In this document: positions 17,650 through 26,400 of the stretch, in pieces | Layout: every line of letters begins with the position of its first letter | How positions within the stretch are numbered: the stretch's first letter is position 1 | NCBI GenBank assembly: GCA_963761335.1 | Contig: CAVXGR010000018.1 | Coordinates: 384,001 to 448,000, forward strand | Direction: 5' to 3' | Source: an uncultured delta proteobacterium | GTDB taxonomy: Bacteria; Desulfobacterota; Binatia; HRBIN30; BPIQ01 | DNA: 64,000 nucleotides | Notes under the pieces: generated by a model | What the model saw: the letters and a program-made list of their open reading frames with translations, nothing else | Told to the model about the DNA's origin: nothing | Database searches by the model: none | Made by a program: the position numbers and the translations under genes

Positions 17650-18540
17650 TCAGGAGATCACCTCGGCGAAGATCTCGGCGATGGGGGCGAAGGCAACCTG
17701 CTGCATGAGGGTCCGCAAGCGCTCGGCGAGCCGATCTCGTCCGACGCGCAGTATCCAGCGGTTCGCCGCCGGAGCAGTCGGCGACAGCGGGTCGATCTCC
17801 CAGGGGTGCAGGTAGAACACCCCCGCCCCGACCTCGCGCTGGAAGCGCCGCAGCCAGTACGCCAGCAGCCGCGGGGGCAGCATGCGCAGTCCAGCACCGC
17901 TGGCCAGCGGCAGGTGCCAGAAGTGAAGTATCTGCAGAATCCCCACGGGGATTTCCCAGAGCCCATTGGCGTGCCGGAACGGCTGCCGCGGGCACACCAG
18001 CTCCAGACCGGGCGGGCGATCGATGGGAAGGATGCTGGAGTCGTAGGCGAGACCGAGCTCTCCGAGCGCATCGATCGGCCAGTGCACTCCCGCCTTGATC
18101 GAGAAGTACGGCGCCCGATAGCCGCGCACCGGCGCCCCGCAGGCATCCTCGATGACCCGAAGCGAGCGCTGCACATCGGTGCGAAACTCGCGGCGCAGGA
18201 AGTCGCCGAGCGGCCGGTGCTGATATCCGTGGCTGCCGACCTCGTGCCCGGCCTCGGCGACGGTGCGAACCAGGGCTGGAAAGCGCTCCGCCACCTCGCC
18301 GAGAAAGAAGAATGTGGCGCGGGCGCCGCCGGCGGCGAAGATCTCGAGGAGCTGCAAGGTGTTGTACTCGACTCGCTCGGCGACTCGGCCTCCTTGCGCG
18401 TCGCCGCCGTCGTGGTACCAATCCTCGACGTCGACGCTGAGGGCGTGCCGCTGCGGCGACGAGCGGGTCGTCGGCGACTGCGGCGGTGCCGGTCGATCGA
18501 GGCCGGGCGATGAGTTGGGGCGCATCGACCGTCGCATCAT
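17650..18540 (-). CDS. Polysaccharide deacetylase (CE4, DUF3473-containing subfamily)
   Basis: SVDVEDWYH, GSHGYQH, GYRAPYFSI and YLHPWEIDP motifs. Confidence 0.88.
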   Translation of the reverse strand: MMRRSMRPNSSPGLDRPAPPQSPTTRSSPQRHALSVDVEDWYHDGGDAQGGRVAERVEYNTLQLLEIFAAGGARATFFFLGEVAERFPALVRTVAEAGHEVGSHGYQHRPLGDFLRREFRTDVQRSLRVIEDACGAPVRGYRAPYFSIKAGVHWPIDALGELGLAYDSSILPIDRPPGLELVCPRQPFRHANGLWEIPVGILQILHFWHLPLASGAGLRMLPPRLLAYWLRRFQREVGAGVFYLHPWEIDPLSPTAPAANRWILRVGRDRLAERLRTLMQQVAFAPIAEIFAEVIS

Positions 18541-18728
18541 TGGCGCAACCGGGGGGCGGAATCAACCGCCATTCGGCGTTGGCGATCGGACCTCCGAGCC
18601 GGCGTGCATCGAGACTTCTCGCCGCCTGGGCCGCGGCGCCCCCTGTGGGACATTGGCACATAAGGTGGCGGGGCTACTTGTGTCCTCTCCTTCGACTGAT
18701 ACGCTGAACAGGCACAGAAGGAGATTAC

Positions 18729-18983
18729 ATGCGCAACCTCGTCCACCGCACCGCCCGCACCGCCGTCGCCGTCTTCCTGGTGATGAGCCTGATGGTTGTT
18801 TCCTCGGCGTCAGTCGCCAACGCCGCCGAGGTCGGCTTCAACGACGAGTACGTCTTTGCCGCCACTCGGGCGCTGAACGAATCCGACCTGAACCCGGTCG
18901 CCAAGGTGCCGCTGCTGCCCTTGACGGTGGTGGCCGACATCATCGTGCTGCCCTTCACGGTGATCGCCGGCTTCGTCGTTTGA
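18729..18983 (+). CDS. Small exported/membrane protein, 84 aa
   Basis: GAAGGAGA SD, signal peptide ending ANA-AE, hydrophobic C-terminus PLTVVADIIVLPFTVIAG. Confidence 0.65.
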   Translation: MRNLVHRTARTAVAVFLVMSLMVVSSASVANAAEVGFNDEYVFAATRALNESDLNPVAKVPLLPLTVVADIIVLPFTVIAGFVV

Positions 18984-20620
18984 CCCCGCCGGTCCGGTGC
19001 GTGACGGCGCCCGGGCCGAGCTTCGCTGGCGGAGGCGACCTCGATATCGATCGCCGAATGGTCAGCGGGCGGGTGCTGCCTGCGTGCGGCCGCCGAGGGC
19101 CGTCGGCGGCACGCTCCAGTGAGCCGTCGCGGATCAGGGCGCTGACCGCCTCGAGGTCGGCCCGCAGCGGGCGATCTTCGCGTAGCTCGGGGCTGTGCTC
19201 GCGGACCGCTTGGTGCGCCGCCCGGGTGCCGGCGCCGGCGCGCGCCGCGCCGCGCAGGTCGAGCCCCTGCGCGGCGCAGAGAATTTCGATGGCAATCATG
19301 CGCTCGACGTTGTCGAGCACCTGTGCTGCCTGGCGGGCCGCCACCATTCCCATGCTGACGACGTCCTGGTTGTTGGCATTGGTCGGCACCGAGCGCACGC
19401 TCGCCGGCGCCGCCAGCACGGCATTGTCGGCTGCCATCGACGAAGCGCAGTACTGCAGCCCCATCAGGCCGCTGTCGATTCCTGGCACGCCGCGAATCAG
19501 GAACGGCGGCAGGCCGGCGTTGAGGCTCGCGTCGAGAAGTCGGGCGATGCGGCGCTCGGCGGCGACGCCGATCTCCACCAGCGCCAGCTTGGCGTGGTCG
19601 AGCGCCATGGCGACCGCCTGCCCGTGGAAGTTTCCGCCGTGTACGACGCGCTCCTCATCGGCAAGCAGGAGCGGGTTGTCGGTCACCGAGTCGAGCTCGG
19701 TCTCGATCACGGTCGCGGCGCCGGCCAGCGCCTCGAGCGCCGGGCCGAGGATCTGCGGAATGCAGCGCAGGGTGTAAGCGTCCTGGCGCGCCGCCGCCGC
19801 CTCGGTGCGCAGCAGCGTGCTGCCCTCGACGATCTGTGCCAGCCGCCGGGCCACGGTGCGCTGGCCGGGGTGGGGGCGCAGCTCCTGGAGCGCGGGGTCG
19901 AGAGCTTCGCGGTTGGCGGTCAGCGCCTCGAAGGCCATGGCGGCGGCCACTTGAGCGGCGCCGGCGACTCGATCGGCGCGCGCCGCGAGCAGGGCGGCGG
20001 TGCCGGTGTGGAAAGAGGTGCCGTTGATCAGGGCCAGCCCCTCGCGGTAGCGGGGGACCAGCGGCTCCAGGCCAGCAGCCGCCAGTGCCTCCGCCGCAGG
20101 CGCGCTCGCGGCCGTCTTCCTCGACGATTCCCTCGCCGAGGAGCGCCAGGGCGATTTGTGCCAGCTCGACGAGGTCGCCGCTGGCGCCCACCGAGCCGAT
20201 CTCGTGCACCACCGGATGCAGGCGCCGATTGAGCATGGACACGATCAGCTCGACCAGACGCGGGTCCACCCCGGAAAAGCCGCGGGCCAAGACATGGGCC
20301 CGCACGGTCATCGCCGCGCGCACGTACTCGGCGGGATGGGCGCGACCGAGGGTGACCGCGTGGCTGCGGATCAGATTGCGCTGGAAGCGGGCGCGATCGC
20401 TCTCGGAGACGCCCTCGGAAGCGAGTGGTCCGCACCCTGTCGTCAGTCCGTAGACGGGCACACGCCGCCGCGCCAGATCCTCCAGAAAAGCGAAGGAGCG
20501 CTGCAGTCGCGGTGCCGCCGCGGCATCGATCTCGACGTGTGCCCCTCGCCGCGCCACGGCGTCGATGTCGGCAATCGCCAGACGAGAGACGCCGATACGG
20601 ACAATGCTGGAGGTGCTCAT
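18955..20620 (-). pseudogene. Aromatic amino acid ammonia-lyase (TAL/PAL-type, MIO enzyme) split by one frameshift near 20101
   Basis: The N-part has VYGLTTGCG, NLIRSH and the ASGD MIO motif. After ...EDGRER an extra base shifts the frame; the adjacent frame continues PAAEAL...REGLALINGT, QDAYTLRC, GGNFHG and NNQDVVSMG. Could be an assembly error. Confidence 0.85.
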
Positions 20621-20918
20621 GCGGAGCTGAGAATTCCGCTCCCATAACGGCGGCGGGTGAAGCGGTCAAGTGAGCGTCGAGCGGAACGGGGGTTCCTTCT
20701 CCCGTCCTGGAAGGCGAGAAGGGGAGAGGCGAGACAGAGACGCTTGCGGCATTCCGCGGTTGGTGGTACCCGCTGCGGCGCTGGGAGAATGCGAATGCGA
20801 CAGAAGACCGTAGGGCTCATGCTGTTTTTATCGGTCGTGGGTCTGAAGGTCGCCCAGCCCCGACGCGCGACGAGCCGGCGGCGTGCCCGATTGCGGCGCT
20901 GAAGGGGCCAGCAGAGCC

Positions 20919-22238
20919 GTGTCGAGCGCGCAGGTCATCGTCATTGGCGGCGGGCCGGCGGGCAGCAGTGCCGCCGGCTTCCTGGCCCAGACCGGGGTTC
21001 GCGTCCTCCTCTTCGAGCGCGACCATTTCCCGCGCTATCACGTCGGCGAGTCGCTGCTGTCGGCGACCATGCCGATCCTCGACGCCCTCGGCGTCAGCGG
21101 TGCGGTCGAGCGCGCCGGGTTCGTTCGCAAGCCCGGCGGTACCTTCGTGTGGGGAAGCCGCAGTGAGCCCTGGAGCTTCCTTTTCCGCGACGATCCCGGC
21201 GGCCGGGCGCACGCCTTTCACGTGGTCCGCTCCGAGTTCGACGAGATTCTGCTGCGGCACGCGGCGGCGCTCGGAGTGGACGTGCGCGAGGGGCATCGGG
21301 TGGTGGAGGTGGCGCGCCGGGAGGGCGACCGCGTCGCCGTCGTCGCCATCGACGCCAGCGGCCGGCGAATCGAGGAGGAGGCGGACTACGCCGTCGACGC
21401 CAGCGGCCAGCGGGCCCTGCTCGGGCGGCGCGACCGGCTGCGGCAGCTCAACCCTTTCTTCAGGAACCTGGCGGTCTTCGCCTATTTCCGCAGCGCCGAG
21501 CGGCTCGCGGGTGCGCTCGAGGGGAACATTCTGTCGGCGGCCTTCGGCGACGGCTGGTTCTGGTTCATTCCCCTGCACGACGGCACGACCAGCGTCGGCG
21601 CCGTGGTCGACGCGCAGCGCTTTGCGGCCGAATCGGCCGGCGACCCTGCCGCTCTCTACCGGCGGCTCATCGGCGACTGCGCCCCGGTGCGCGAGCGGCT
21701 GCGGGCTGCCGAGATGGTGTCGGCGGTGCGCGTGATTCGCGATTACTCGTACTCCAGCCGCCGCTTCCACGGGCCGGGGTATGTGCTCGTCGGCGATGCC
21801 GCCTGCTTCATCGACCCGGTGTTCTCCACCGGCGTCCACCTCGCCTGTCTGTCCGGATACCTCGCCGCCGAGGCCCTCGGAGCCATCCTGCAGGGGGGCG
21901 CCCCGGCGCCGTCGCTGGAGCGCTTCGAGAGTCGCTACCGCGCCGCCTACGAGCGCTATCTGCACTTCCTCCATTTCTTCTACGACCACCATAGCGATCC
22001 GCAGTCGTATTTCTGGCGGGCGCGCAAGATTCTGAATCCGGAGGTGCCGCTCGACACGCGCGCCGCCTTCGTGCGGCTGATGTCGGGGGGCGCCGATGTC
22101 TCCGAGGGCGACATCGCCGACAAGCTGGCGGCGCGCCACGCCCGCATGCAGGAGGCGATCGAGCACGGCCACTTCGGCAAAGCCCCGGATGCGGGCCTCT
22201 TCCGCGTCCGGGGAACGCTGGCGACGATGAACCGGTGA
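20919..22238 (+). CDS. Flavin-dependent halogenase (carrier-bound/phenolic-substrate type)
   Basis: GGGPAGS, FPRYHVGES, putative catalytic Lys in FVRKPGG, WFWFIP and FIDPVFSTGV motifs. Start may be 20883. Confidence 0.85.
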   Translation: MSSAQVIVIGGGPAGSSAAGFLAQTGVRVLLFERDHFPRYHVGESLLSATMPILDALGVSGAVERAGFVRKPGGTFVWGSRSEPWSFLFRDDPGGRAHAFHVVRSEFDEILLRHAAALGVDVREGHRVVEVARREGDRVAVVAIDASGRRIEEEADYAVDASGQRALLGRRDRLRQLNPFFRNLAVFAYFRSAERLAGALEGNILSAAFGDGWFWFIPLHDGTTSVGAVVDAQRFAAESAGDPAALYRRLIGDCAPVRERLRAAEMVSAVRVIRDYSYSSRRFHGPGYVLVGDAACFIDPVFSTGVHLACLSGYLAAEALGAILQGGAPAPSLERFESRYRAAYERYLHFLHFFYDHHSDPQSYFWRARKILNPEVPLDTRAAFVRLMSGGADVSEGDIADKLAARHARMQEAIEHGHFGKAPDAGLFRVRGTLATMNR

Positions 22239-22251
22239 CCTTCGGTCGGCG

Positions 22252-22354
22252 GCTGAGTTGCTCGGTTTCTCGGCTGCTGGGTTTGGCCAGCTGCGGCGAA
22301 CGGCACTCAAGACGGCCATCTGAGGAACCGAGAAACTGAGAAACTGAGAAACCG
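22252..22354. repeat. Second copy of the inverted 8-bp-unit element
   Basis: agttgctc-ggtttctc-ggctgctg ... gaggaacc-gagaaact-gagaaact-gagaaacc, between convergent genes. Confidence 0.8.
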
Positions 22355-22357
22355 TCC

Positions 22358-23710
22358 TCAACTGATTGTGGCCCAGGCGTTCTCGTTGCGGCGCAGAAAT
22401 CGGTTCACTTTCAGATTGGCGACCAGGTAGGCCAGCGTCTCGAGATAGCTGCCGCGCGGCGGCGGCAGGAGGCGTCGGGCGATGGCGCGCGACGAGTAGA
22501 AGCCCTCGTAGACGTACTTGAAGCCGTTCATCATCTCTTCGGCGCTCATGTTGGCGGGGCGCACGAGCGGGCTCCCGTAATCGTATCGCCCCCAATCCTG
22601 GACGAGGATGCGGCCGGCCTTCGCCATGTCGTCATAGTACTTGGTGCCGGGATACGGGCACGGGGTGAAGAGCTTGAGGAAGGAGATGCGGTTGTCGATC
22701 AGGAACTGCAGCGAGCGGCCGAAGGTGTCGGTCGTGTCCCCGTCCAGCCCCACCATCAGCAGGGCGATCACCTGAATCCCCTTGGCGCGGATGGCGGCGA
22801 GGTCCTGCTCGAATCGGCGCGGCAGGTTGAAGCCCTTGCTCACCGAGTCGAGGCTCTTCTCGTTGATGCTCTCGAGCCCGATGGACAGGCTGACGCAGCC
22901 GCTGCGGGCGGCGAGATCGAGAAGCTCCGCATCGCGGGCGATGTTGATGGTGCTCTGGCTGGCCCACTTGACGCGAAGGGGGATCATGCGCCGGAAGAGC
23001 TCCTTGGCGGCCTCCGGGCGGGCGATTGGGTTGTCGTCGAGAAAGAGCAGGCGGTTGCCGCCGAGCGCCTTGATGGCGTGGATGTCTTCGAGAACGTCGC
23101 CGACCGGCCGGGTGCGATAGCTGCGGCGGTAGTAGGTCTGCACGGCGCAGTACTCGCACGGGTGCGGGCAGCCGCGGGAGAAGACCACCGGCCAGTGGAA
23201 GTACATGCGGTAGAGCCAGCTCTTCTTGAAGGCCTCGTACTTGAGCAGCGGCAGACCGGTGTAGTCGATCTGCGGGAGGTCACTCAGGTCGTGCCAGCCC
23301 TCGGCCCGGTAGACGCGGCGGTTGAGGCCCTCGCTGAAGTCGGCGAGCAGCTGTGGCCATACCGTCTCGGCCTCGCCGGCGACCACGGCGTCGGCGTGCG
23401 CCAGTGATTCCTCCACCGTCAGCGTCACCCAGGTGCCGCCGAGGACGACGCGAACACCGCGGGCGCGAAAGTGATCGGCGAGGTCGTAGGCGCGCCTGAT
23501 CTGCGGCCCCATGGCGGTAATGCCGACCAGATCGACGTCGCTGTGCAGATCGACGTCGTAGAACAGCTCATCGATCGTCTGCACCTCGTGCCCCGGCGGC
23601 GTCAATGCCTTCAGGTAGGGCAGGGTGGTGCCGCTGGTCCAGTAGCGCGTCGTCTTGTGCAACGAGCCATCCGCGTCGTAGTGGGTTGGCGAGATGAGGA
23701 GAATGCGCAC
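22358..23710 (-). CDS. Cobalamin-binding radical SAM protein
   Basis: N-terminal B12-binding-like domain (DLVGIT, VVLGG, VAGEAE), CPHPCEYC, FLDDN, GLES and PYPGT motifs. Confidence 0.9.
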   Translation of the reverse strand: MRILLISPTHYDADGSLHKTTRYWTSGTTLPYLKALTPPGHEVQTIDELFYDVDLHSDVDLVGITAMGPQIRRAYDLADHFRARGVRVVLGGTWVTLTVEESLAHADAVVAGEAETVWPQLLADFSEGLNRRVYRAEGWHDLSDLPQIDYTGLPLLKYEAFKKSWLYRMYFHWPVVFSRGCPHPCEYCAVQTYYRRSYRTRPVGDVLEDIHAIKALGGNRLLFLDDNPIARPEAAKELFRRMIPLRVKWASQSTINIARDAELLDLAARSGCVSLSIGLESINEKSLDSVSKGFNLPRRFEQDLAAIRAKGIQVIALLMVGLDGDTTDTFGRSLQFLIDNRISFLKLFTPCPYPGTKYYDDMAKAGRILVQDWGRYDYGSPLVRPANMSAEEMMNGFKYVYEGFYSSRAIARRLLPPPRGSYLETLAYLVANLKVNRFLRRNENAWATIS

Positions 23711-23807
23711 GGCGCGGACTTAATCAGCTCGGCCGAGGGAGTCAATGCGCCGCTTTTGTGCAGCGAACGGGTTCCCGCTCCGTCGCGTCTATGTTAGAGC
23801 GCCGCCC

Positions 23808-24560
23808 ATGAGCAGTGTATCCGAGTCCGAGGTTCTCGACGTTCCCGCCTCCCGTGCCCGCATTGTCCTCAACCGGGTGATCTTTCGCGGCATGCTGTTC
23901 ACCATGGGCGCCATCGCCGTCGGCATGTACCGCTTCAACAAACGGCTCACCTGGCGGTTTGCCAAGGCACAGGCGCGCAACCTGAGCCGTCTCTGCGGGG
24001 TGCGCGTGCGCATTCACGGGATCGAGCACCTGGGTGCCGGTCCGTACATGTTCACTCCGAACCATCAGAGCCACTTCGACATCGCCGCTCTGCTCGGCTA
24101 CCTGCCCGGGGAGAATCGCTTCGCCGCCAAGAAGGAGATGTTCGACGAGCCCATTCTCGGGGCCGTGCTGCGCACCATGGGTATGATTCCCATCGACCGC
24201 GAGAACCCGTTCGAGGCCATCGAGCTGCTGAGCCGGCTCAAGATCGACGATTTCTCCACCATCATCTTCCCGGAGGGGACGCGCAGCCGCGACGGCAATC
24301 TCCTGCCCTTCAAGAAAGGGCCCTTCGTGGCCGCCATCCACCTCGGGCTGCCGGTGGTTCCGGTGGCCTGCAAGGGGACCACCGAGGTAATGCCCAAAGG
24401 AAAGTACCTGTCGATCCTTCCCGGCGAGGTCGAGGTGGTGGTGCTGGAGCCGATCGTCACCTCGGGCATGACCTACGACGATCGCGATCGCCTGCGCGAC
24501 CTGGTCCGCGAGCGGGTCTCCGCCGAGCTGCGGCTGCCGATCGGCGGCCGCGCCGCCTGA
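23808..24560 (+). CDS. PlsC-family lysophospholipid acyltransferase
   Basis: NHQSHFD and FPEGTRS motifs. Confidence 0.9.
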   Translation: MSSVSESEVLDVPASRARIVLNRVIFRGMLFTMGAIAVGMYRFNKRLTWRFAKAQARNLSRLCGVRVRIHGIEHLGAGPYMFTPNHQSHFDIAALLGYLPGENRFAAKKEMFDEPILGAVLRTMGMIPIDRENPFEAIELLSRLKIDDFSTIIFPEGTRSRDGNLLPFKKGPFVAAIHLGLPVVPVACKGTTEVMPKGKYLSILPGEVEVVVLEPIVTSGMTYDDRDRLRDLVRERVSAELRLPIGGRAA

Positions 24561-24563
24561 GCC

Positions 24564-25532
24564 TCAGCGCCGCGCCCGTAGGGGGGGCGGCTCTTCCTCG
24601 CCGGCTCTGTTTACCTGCGGCTCCGCCGGGCTCTCGGGCCAGAAGGGCGCGAACTGAAACCACTGGTGCGGGAACTCGCGGATCGCCGCCTCGAAGGCCT
24701 GCGCCACCTCGCCGATGGTGCGGTCGAGCACCACCGGATCGCGGCTCTCGCGGCCGAGATCGAAGCGCCCGGCGAGGCGAATGGCGTAGTGGCGGACCCC
24801 GATCCGCGGCGTGAACACCGGGACCAGCGGAGCGCCGCTGAGGCGCGCCAGCTGGAAGGGGCCGGAAGGGAAGTACGCCGGGTGGCCGAAGAAGGGGATC
24901 AAACGCCCGCCGCCGGTGCCGAGCATGCGGTCCATCTGGATGGCGACGATCTCGTTCTGCCGCAGCGCCCGAATCATGTTGAGCGATGAGAACACCGAGG
25001 TGTCAGAGTAGATGATGCGGATGCCGGCCTGCTCTCGCGCCCGGCGGACGTATTCCTGCGTGGTGGCGTTCATCTCGCGGGCCATGACGATGTTCACCGG
25101 GCGGCCGTACTTGCTCATCGTCCGGGCGGCGATCTCCCAGTTGCCGAAATGGCCGGTGAGCGCGATGACCCCGCGTCCCTCTGCCAGGGACTCGGCGAGC
25201 AGGTCGCGCTCCGGCAGATCGAAGGCGATCGGCGCGGGCCGCGGTCCGTAGTGCTCGGTGGTCTCGGTGATGCAGTGGGAGAACTCGATGAACGTGCGGA
25301 GGGCGCCGACAGTGGCGCGCCAGTCGTCGCGGCCGAGGATCCGGCGCATGTTGGCGATGGCGCCGCGGCGGTTTTGCCCGACCACCAGGAAGAAGGCGGC
25401 GGCGAAGCCGGGGGGCGAGTATCGCTTCCACCACTCCGGGCCGTAGACGCAGCCGAGGTAGGCGAACTTTCGCCACCACACGCCGTCGAAGCGGACTGCC
25501 TGCCGGAGCCGAGAAAGCCGAAAATGGTTCAT
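24564..25532 (-). CDS. LpxL/lipid A lauroyl-acyltransferase-family acyltransferase
   Basis: GHFGNWE, DR, FFG..AYFP.GP and PHQWF motifs. Confidence 0.88.
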   Translation of the reverse strand: MNHFRLSRLRQAVRFDGVWWRKFAYLGCVYGPEWWKRYSPPGFAAAFFLVVGQNRRGAIANMRRILGRDDWRATVGALRTFIEFSHCITETTEHYGPRPAPIAFDLPERDLLAESLAEGRGVIALTGHFGNWEIAARTMSKYGRPVNIVMAREMNATTQEYVRRAREQAGIRIIYSDTSVFSSLNMIRALRQNEIVAIQMDRMLGTGGGRLIPFFGHPAYFPSGPFQLARLSGAPLVPVFTPRIGVRHYAIRLAGRFDLGRESRDPVVLDRTIGEVAQAFEAAIREFPHQWFQFAPFWPESPAEPQVNRAGEEEPPPLRARR

Positions 25533-25599
25533 CGGCTCCAGCTAACACGCGTCTCGGAGGCGTGGCAATCGGGGGGAATTTCCTTCATGGTGCGCGACC

Positions 25600-26280
25600 A
25601 TGCCCGATCTCGCGATTCTCGTTCCGGCGCTCGACTGCGCCGCGACCATCGCCCCGGTGGTCGGCGGCGCGCGCGCCGAGTGCGAGACGGTGCTGGTGGT
25701 CGACGATGGCTCTGCCGACCAGACCAGCGCGCGCGCCACCGAGGCGGGTGCCGAGGTTCTGGCCCATCCGCACACCATGGGAAAAGGCGCGGCTCTGCGG
25801 CACGGGATGGAGTGGCTGGCGGAGCGCGGCTTCCGCAGGGTGCTGACCATGGACGGCGACGGGCAACATCTGGCGGGTCAGATCCCAGTGCTGCGGGCGG
25901 AGTCCGACGCCCATCCCGGCGCTCTGGTGATCGGCCAGCGACGCGTGCCGGCCGAGGCGGTATCTGCCAGTCGCCGCTTCGGGAACCGCTTCGCCAATCG
26001 CTGGGTGGAGATCGCCTGTGGCCGCGCCCTGGAGGACACCCAATCGGGGTTTCGCCTCTACCCACTGGCGGCGACCTTGGGTCTCAGGGTGCGCGCCGGC
26101 CACTTCGGTTTCGAGACGGAGGTGTTGATCCGCGCCGCTCGCAACGGCTGGGAAATCCGCTCGATCCCGGTCGACGTCTACTACCCGCCCGTGGCGGAGC
26201 GGGTCAGCCACTTTCGCCCGTTTCTCGATACGGTGCGGATCATCTTCGTGGTCCTCGGGCTCATTTTCCGCCTGTGGTGA
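25600..26280 (+). CDS. Glycosyltransferase family 2 (aryl-polyene-cluster type)
   Basis: VDDGSAD, GKGAAL, MDGDGQH, DTQSGFRLYP and SHFRPFLD motifs. Confidence 0.9.
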   Translation: MPDLAILVPALDCAATIAPVVGGARAECETVLVVDDGSADQTSARATEAGAEVLAHPHTMGKGAALRHGMEWLAERGFRRVLTMDGDGQHLAGQIPVLRAESDAHPGALVIGQRRVPAEAVSASRRFGNRFANRWVEIACGRALEDTQSGFRLYPLAATLGLRVRAGHFGFETEVLIRAARNGWEIRSIPVDVYYPPVAERVSHFRPFLDTVRIIFVVLGLIFRLW

Positions 26281-26400
26281 GCTGCGTGTCGTCGCTGGCA
26301 TTGTCCCCGGGGGACGGAGTAGATTGGCGCCCGGATACTTGGAGAGGAGCAATGGGCAGATGCGATTTCGGGCCTTGGTTCGAGGGATGGGCCAGCGGCG

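Noticed and set aside
17650..18540. PEP-CTERM/exosortase EPS locus suggested by the deacetylase subfamily
   Set aside because: No exosortase, PEP-CTERM protein or Wzx/Wzy genes are nearby; the context is the lipid cluster.
18654..18669. TGGCAC sigma54-like site before the small protein
   Set aside because: The GC dinucleotide is one base out of the required spacing.
18955..20620. Histidine utilisation (hutH), or two separate genes
   Set aside because: No hutU/I/G nearby, NQD rather than QED motif, and the two ORFs join into one enzyme across a single frameshift.
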